From positions 1-29,122 of the forward strand of contig JAFGJP010000022.1 in the NCBI GenBank assembly GCA_016929035.1: DNA of 29,122 nt, given 5' to 3'. The position numbers and the translations under genes are program-made. This stretch comes from Candidatus Auribacterota bacterium. Lineage in GTDB: Bacteria > Auribacterota > JAFGBW01 > JAFGJP01. This document shows, piece by piece, positions 25,962-29,122 of the stretch. The notes beneath the pieces were generated by a model, which made no database searches, was not told where the DNA came from, and saw only the letters and a list, made by a program, of their open reading frames with translations. Numbering within the stretch: position 1 is the stretch's first letter; each line of letters opens with the position of its first letter.

Positions 25962-26801
25962 TCATCCCATCTTTTTCTTTAAAACTTCTATGGACTGTTC
26001 ACTGAGAAGGAAGCGTTTGATCTTTTCTTCAGGAGACTGTTCTTTGTGCGGTCTCAACTTAAGAGATGCTTTCAGGTCGCGGATGATGTCTTCTTTCTGA
26101 ACTGAAAAATCGACGTCATCCATGCTTCTTATGCGGTCAAGAGTTCCATCTAATTTTTTCCTGTAACTCTCAAGTTCATCCTGGGACAAAAAGGGAAGCA
26201 TCTTTTCAATTCTCAGCATAAAACGGTCAAGGATAAAGGGCTTTCTTTTTGCATAAACGCTCTCAGGAAGTGTGCGGACTTTATCCAGCAGATCAGCTAT
26301 GGGCTTGCTGCTTCCAGCCTGGCCTACACGACCGTCCTGCAACTGGGGAATCAGACAGGGTGTAAATCCGTTAACAGCATAGATCTGATGTTCGCCAAGA
26401 TAATTTTTTATATCAAGGGCAAGTATCATGAGCTTTTTTTCTAACCGGTACTTTATGTCATCTATTTTTTCCTTGGACCGGTGGAAATCCTTTGTTGTCC
26501 CTTTGGTTACGACGACACGGCCTTCTTCGACCTCTTCCTCCAGCATGCTGTAAGCTTCGAAAAAATCCTCATAGTACGCTTTTACTTCTTTTTCCGTAGA
26601 CCTTCTTATATTCCTTGCTTCTTGCGCTTTTTCCAGGATAAACTCCAGCTGCTCCTGGCTCAGGCTGATGGCGTTGATAAAATTGGAAATCTGGATGCGC
26701 TCCACGATATTCTGAAGATCCTGGTAAGGACGCTCTTCTGAAAACGTTGTGCAGGGAAGGCTTAAAATGACAAGGCAGACAATAAGAAATACGTTTTTCA
26801 T
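25962..26801 (-). CDS. Hypothetical secreted alpha-helical protein (279 aa)
   Basis: Signal-peptide-like N-terminus MKNVFLIVCLVILSLPCTTFS; charged helical body; AAGGGG upstream. Confidence 0.8.
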   Translation of the reverse strand: MKNVFLIVCLVILSLPCTTFSEERPYQDLQNIVERIQISNFINAISLSQEQLEFILEKAQEARNIRRSTEKEVKAYYEDFFEAYSMLEEEVEEGRVVVTKGTTKDFHRSKEKIDDIKYRLEKKLMILALDIKNYLGEHQIYAVNGFTPCLIPQLQDGRVGQAGSSKPIADLLDKVRTLPESVYAKRKPFILDRFMLRIEKMLPFLSQDELESYRKKLDGTLDRIRSMDDVDFSVQKEDIIRDLKASLKLRPHKEQSPEEKIKRFLLSEQSIEVLKKKMG

Positions 26802-26873
26802 GGGAATCCCCTTTCTTTTTTAATGTCTGACTTTCTTATACGTTTAAGAAGAGAGGATATTTTAGAATTTTTA

Positions 26874-26987
26874 AAAAATTGCACGAAGTGCAATTAACTT
26901 CGTGTCCCTTTGTGTACATTTGGCTAATTATTTGATTATTGTGCGTAGCGCTCCTTATTTTTGATATTTGATTTTTTATTTTTAATT
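26874..26987 (-). repeat. AAAAATC heptads, 3'-end motif copy 3 and CACGAAG-repeat/hairpin element copy 2
   Basis: Minus strand after the asnB stop: AATTAAAAATAAAAAATCAAATATCAAA, AATAAGGAGCGCTACGCACAATAAT, then TAGCCAAATGTACACAAAGGGACACGAAGTTAATTGCACTTCGTGCAATTTTT (26926-26874). Confidence 0.85.
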
Positions 26988-28874
26988 TTATTGAAACTTC
27001 TCCATCCAGTACTGGAACATCAGGACGGCCCACAGCTTTTTCCTGTGGTCGTCTTTGTTATCGAGATGTTCTTTCTTTATGGCTTCGACGTAATCCGGGT
27101 TAAGCAGTCCCTGGCGGGAAATGTCTGAGGAATTCAGATACTTTTCTATTTCCTCTTGAAAAGCACTTCTCAGCCAGCGTGAAAGGGGCATGGCAAACCC
27201 CTGCTTGGGCCTCCCAATGATCGGTTGCGGTATCACCTTTTTGAAAGTTTCTTTAAGGATGTATTTCACGCGGTAGCGCCGGAATTTTTCAAAGTGAGGT
27301 ATCTGGCGGAATGCGTATTCCACAAGGTCGTGGTCCAGGAAAGGAGAGCGGACTTCCAGTGAGTTTGCCATGCTCGCGCGGTCCACTTTAACAAGGACTC
27401 CGTCGCGAAGGTAAAGCCTCGCCAGGTTGTACTGGAGAAGACTCACCTCATCCTCGTCTTTTCTAAGCATTATGTTTTTCTCGATATCCTCAAGAACGAT
27501 ATCCTGGATATTTTGAAGATGAAAGCCTGTCAGCCGGGAAAGTTCATCAAGTGAAAAAGAGCCGAAAAGAGACATTACCTGGGTCAATGGGTTTGGTAAG
27601 GAAAAGGAGTGCTGCAGTTTTTTCCCCATGTAGTTCCAAGAGGAGTAGGATTCGCTTGAATAAAGAAAAGGTAGGACTGCTTTCAGAAAAAAATTGAAAG
27701 ACGGCCTGCCTTTCCGGAAAAAGGAAAGGATTTTCAGGAGATGAAAACCCTGGTAGCCGGCAAAGAGCTCATCGCCTCCGTCTCCCCCGAGGACGACTTT
27801 GACATGCTGCCTCGCTTTTTCCGAAAGAAAATAGGTTGGCACAAGCGAGGGGTCGGCAAAAGGCTCATCAAGATAATCCTTGATCTTTTGAAGCGTCTCT
27901 CTAGCAGCATGTTCGGTCAGGATAAAGTGATGATGCTTTGTTTTGACTTCATCGGACATGAGGCGGGAATAGAATGACTCATCATAGGAATTTTCTTTAT
28001 AACCGATGCTGAAAGAGTGAAGATTTTTTTGGTGGCTGAGACGTTTCATGAGATAGGAGATAATGCTGGAGTCAATGCCTCCGCTTAAGAAAATACCGAC
28101 TGGCACGTCGCTTCGAAGCCTTTTTTCAACAGCTTTTTCAAGGTGAAAGAAAAGACTTTTTTTCCTTTCTTCAAAAGAAAGGGCTGGTTTTTTTTCAAAG
28201 AGAGGAATATCCCAGTACATATTCTCCTTGTATGATCGGCGCTCGATGTCAACAACAAGCGAGCAGCCTGCGGAAAGCTTGAAAAGAGAAGAAAACATCG
28301 TCTCCTTGCCGGGAATATAATCATAGAAGAAATATTTCATCAGGGCCCTGGAGTTCATTGACCCTGCAGAAGCAGGATGCGATCTTACAGCTTTCGGTTC
28401 TGAGCCAAAAACAAAAACGTCCGGATTCACCAGGTAATAGAGCGGCTTTTGCCCCATCCGGTCCCGGCCAAGAAAAAGGATTTTTTTTCTTTTATCGTAA
28501 AGGGCAAAGGCAAACATTCCGTGGATGTGACGTATGGCGTCAAATCCTTTTTCTTCATAAAGATGCACCAGCACTTCTGCATCTGAGCGCGTCTTAAAGA
28601 CGTGGCCCTTTGCCTGGAGCTCGTTCCGGCATTCAGTAAAGTTGTAAAACTCGCCGTTTTGAATAACGATGATCTCGTCGTCTTCGCTGGTGATGGGCTG
28701 ATGCCCGGTTGAGATGTCGATGATGCTGAGCCGCGAATGGGCCAGCCCCACACGCTCGTCCGTGTAGATGCCCGTGTCATCAGGGCCCCTCTGGCGAAGA
28801 GATGAGATCATGGGTTGGAGAAATGAAGGATCAAGCGTATTTTTAAAGTCGATGTATCCGCAAATGCCGCACAT
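26988..28874 (-). CDS. asnB: Asparagine synthase (glutamine-hydrolyzing) family amidotransferase, possibly surface-polysaccharide associated
   Basis: Start reassigned to ATG 28874 (MCGICG, Ntn Cys2); HSRLSIID, QNGEFYN, RDRMGQKPLYY, LSGGIDSS, GDGGDELFAGY, EVRSPFLD. Confidence 0.95.
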   Translation of the reverse strand: MCGICGYIDFKNTLDPSFLQPMISSLRQRGPDDTGIYTDERVGLAHSRLSIIDISTGHQPITSEDDEIIVIQNGEFYNFTECRNELQAKGHVFKTRSDAEVLVHLYEEKGFDAIRHIHGMFAFALYDKRKKILFLGRDRMGQKPLYYLVNPDVFVFGSEPKAVRSHPASAGSMNSRALMKYFFYDYIPGKETMFSSLFKLSAGCSLVVDIERRSYKENMYWDIPLFEKKPALSFEERKKSLFFHLEKAVEKRLRSDVPVGIFLSGGIDSSIISYLMKRLSHQKNLHSFSIGYKENSYDESFYSRLMSDEVKTKHHHFILTEHAARETLQKIKDYLDEPFADPSLVPTYFLSEKARQHVKVVLGGDGGDELFAGYQGFHLLKILSFFRKGRPSFNFFLKAVLPFLYSSESYSSWNYMGKKLQHSFSLPNPLTQVMSLFGSFSLDELSRLTGFHLQNIQDIVLEDIEKNIMLRKDEDEVSLLQYNLARLYLRDGVLVKVDRASMANSLEVRSPFLDHDLVEYAFRQIPHFEKFRRYRVKYILKETFKKVIPQPIIGRPKQGFAMPLSRWLRSAFQEEIEKYLNSSDISRQGLLNPDYVEAIKKEHLDNKDDHRKKLWAVLMFQYWMEKFQ

Positions 28875-28924
28875 GTCTTTTTCCGAGTGAACTATGAAAA
28901 ATAACTTTTTTACATTGAGTATAA

Positions 28925-28953
28925 ACTTTAATACAATCAATAAGAGAGTGCAA
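28925..28953 (-). promoter_or_regulatory. Putative sigma70 promoter of asnB
   Basis: TTGCAC-N17-TAAAGT on the minus strand, about 50 nt upstream of ATG 28874. Confidence 0.4.
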
Positions 28954-29122
28954 GAGCCTTTATTGATGAAACGTTCACAAAAGCATATGTCGTTGGCCTC
29001 TTCTGCATGGGAAAACCGGGCGGGTAAGTTTTTTCGGCTCTATAAAGAAATCTATGGGTAAATATTGACAAAAAGCGAGCAAAGAGGCACCCTTTCATAT
29101 TAATTTCTCGACTAAAAGAAAA

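Noticed and set aside
8911-27033. Short ORFs 8911-9108, 12196-12474, 12452-12664 and 26836-27033
   Set aside because: They run through repeat modules or overlap real genes and have low-complexity translations.
1823-28940. N-terminal extensions in the ORF track (efp 1823, orphan 2554, tkt 3514, HAD 12215, trpF 25129, asnB 28940)
   Set aside because: Downstream starts have better SD/promoter context and match canonical family N-termini.
29065-29101. TTGACA as a promoter for a gene beyond the window end
   Set aside because: No -10 hexamer at 16-18 nt spacing.

Overview
Housekeeping region of a moderate-GC, probably diderm bacterium (inferred from an LPS-kinase-like gene and a ctpA/divergent-deacetylase pair). 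Gene order: LPS kinase-like, SAM methyltransferase, acpS, efp, orphan, panD (minus), split transketolase, ctpA, YibQ-like lipoprotein, tsaD; a minus-strand block (TlpA-like thioredoxin, frameshifted ccdA/dsbD, internally duplicated membrane protein, HAD hydrolase); a HAMP-only membrane protein; a pyrR-pyrB-pyrC-carA-carB-pyrK-pyrD-pyrF operon with a PyrR attenuator but no pyrE, continuing into apbE-trpC-trpF; a secreted orphan; and asnB (minus). No rRNA, tRNA, CRISPR array, transposase or integrase is visible. The unusual signal is intergenic. The longer spacers are mosaics of recurring modules: 7-, 8- and 9-nt tandem arrays, a 3'-end motif carrying an orphan Shine-Dalgarno, two-copy elements with compensatory base changes, IS200/IS605-end-like nested elements, and a 255-bp element with perfect 26-bp terminal inverted repeats inside the pyr operon. 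In two cases inverted copies bracket a whole gene (tsaD and the secreted orphan). All alignments and counts were done by eye; no database search was run.
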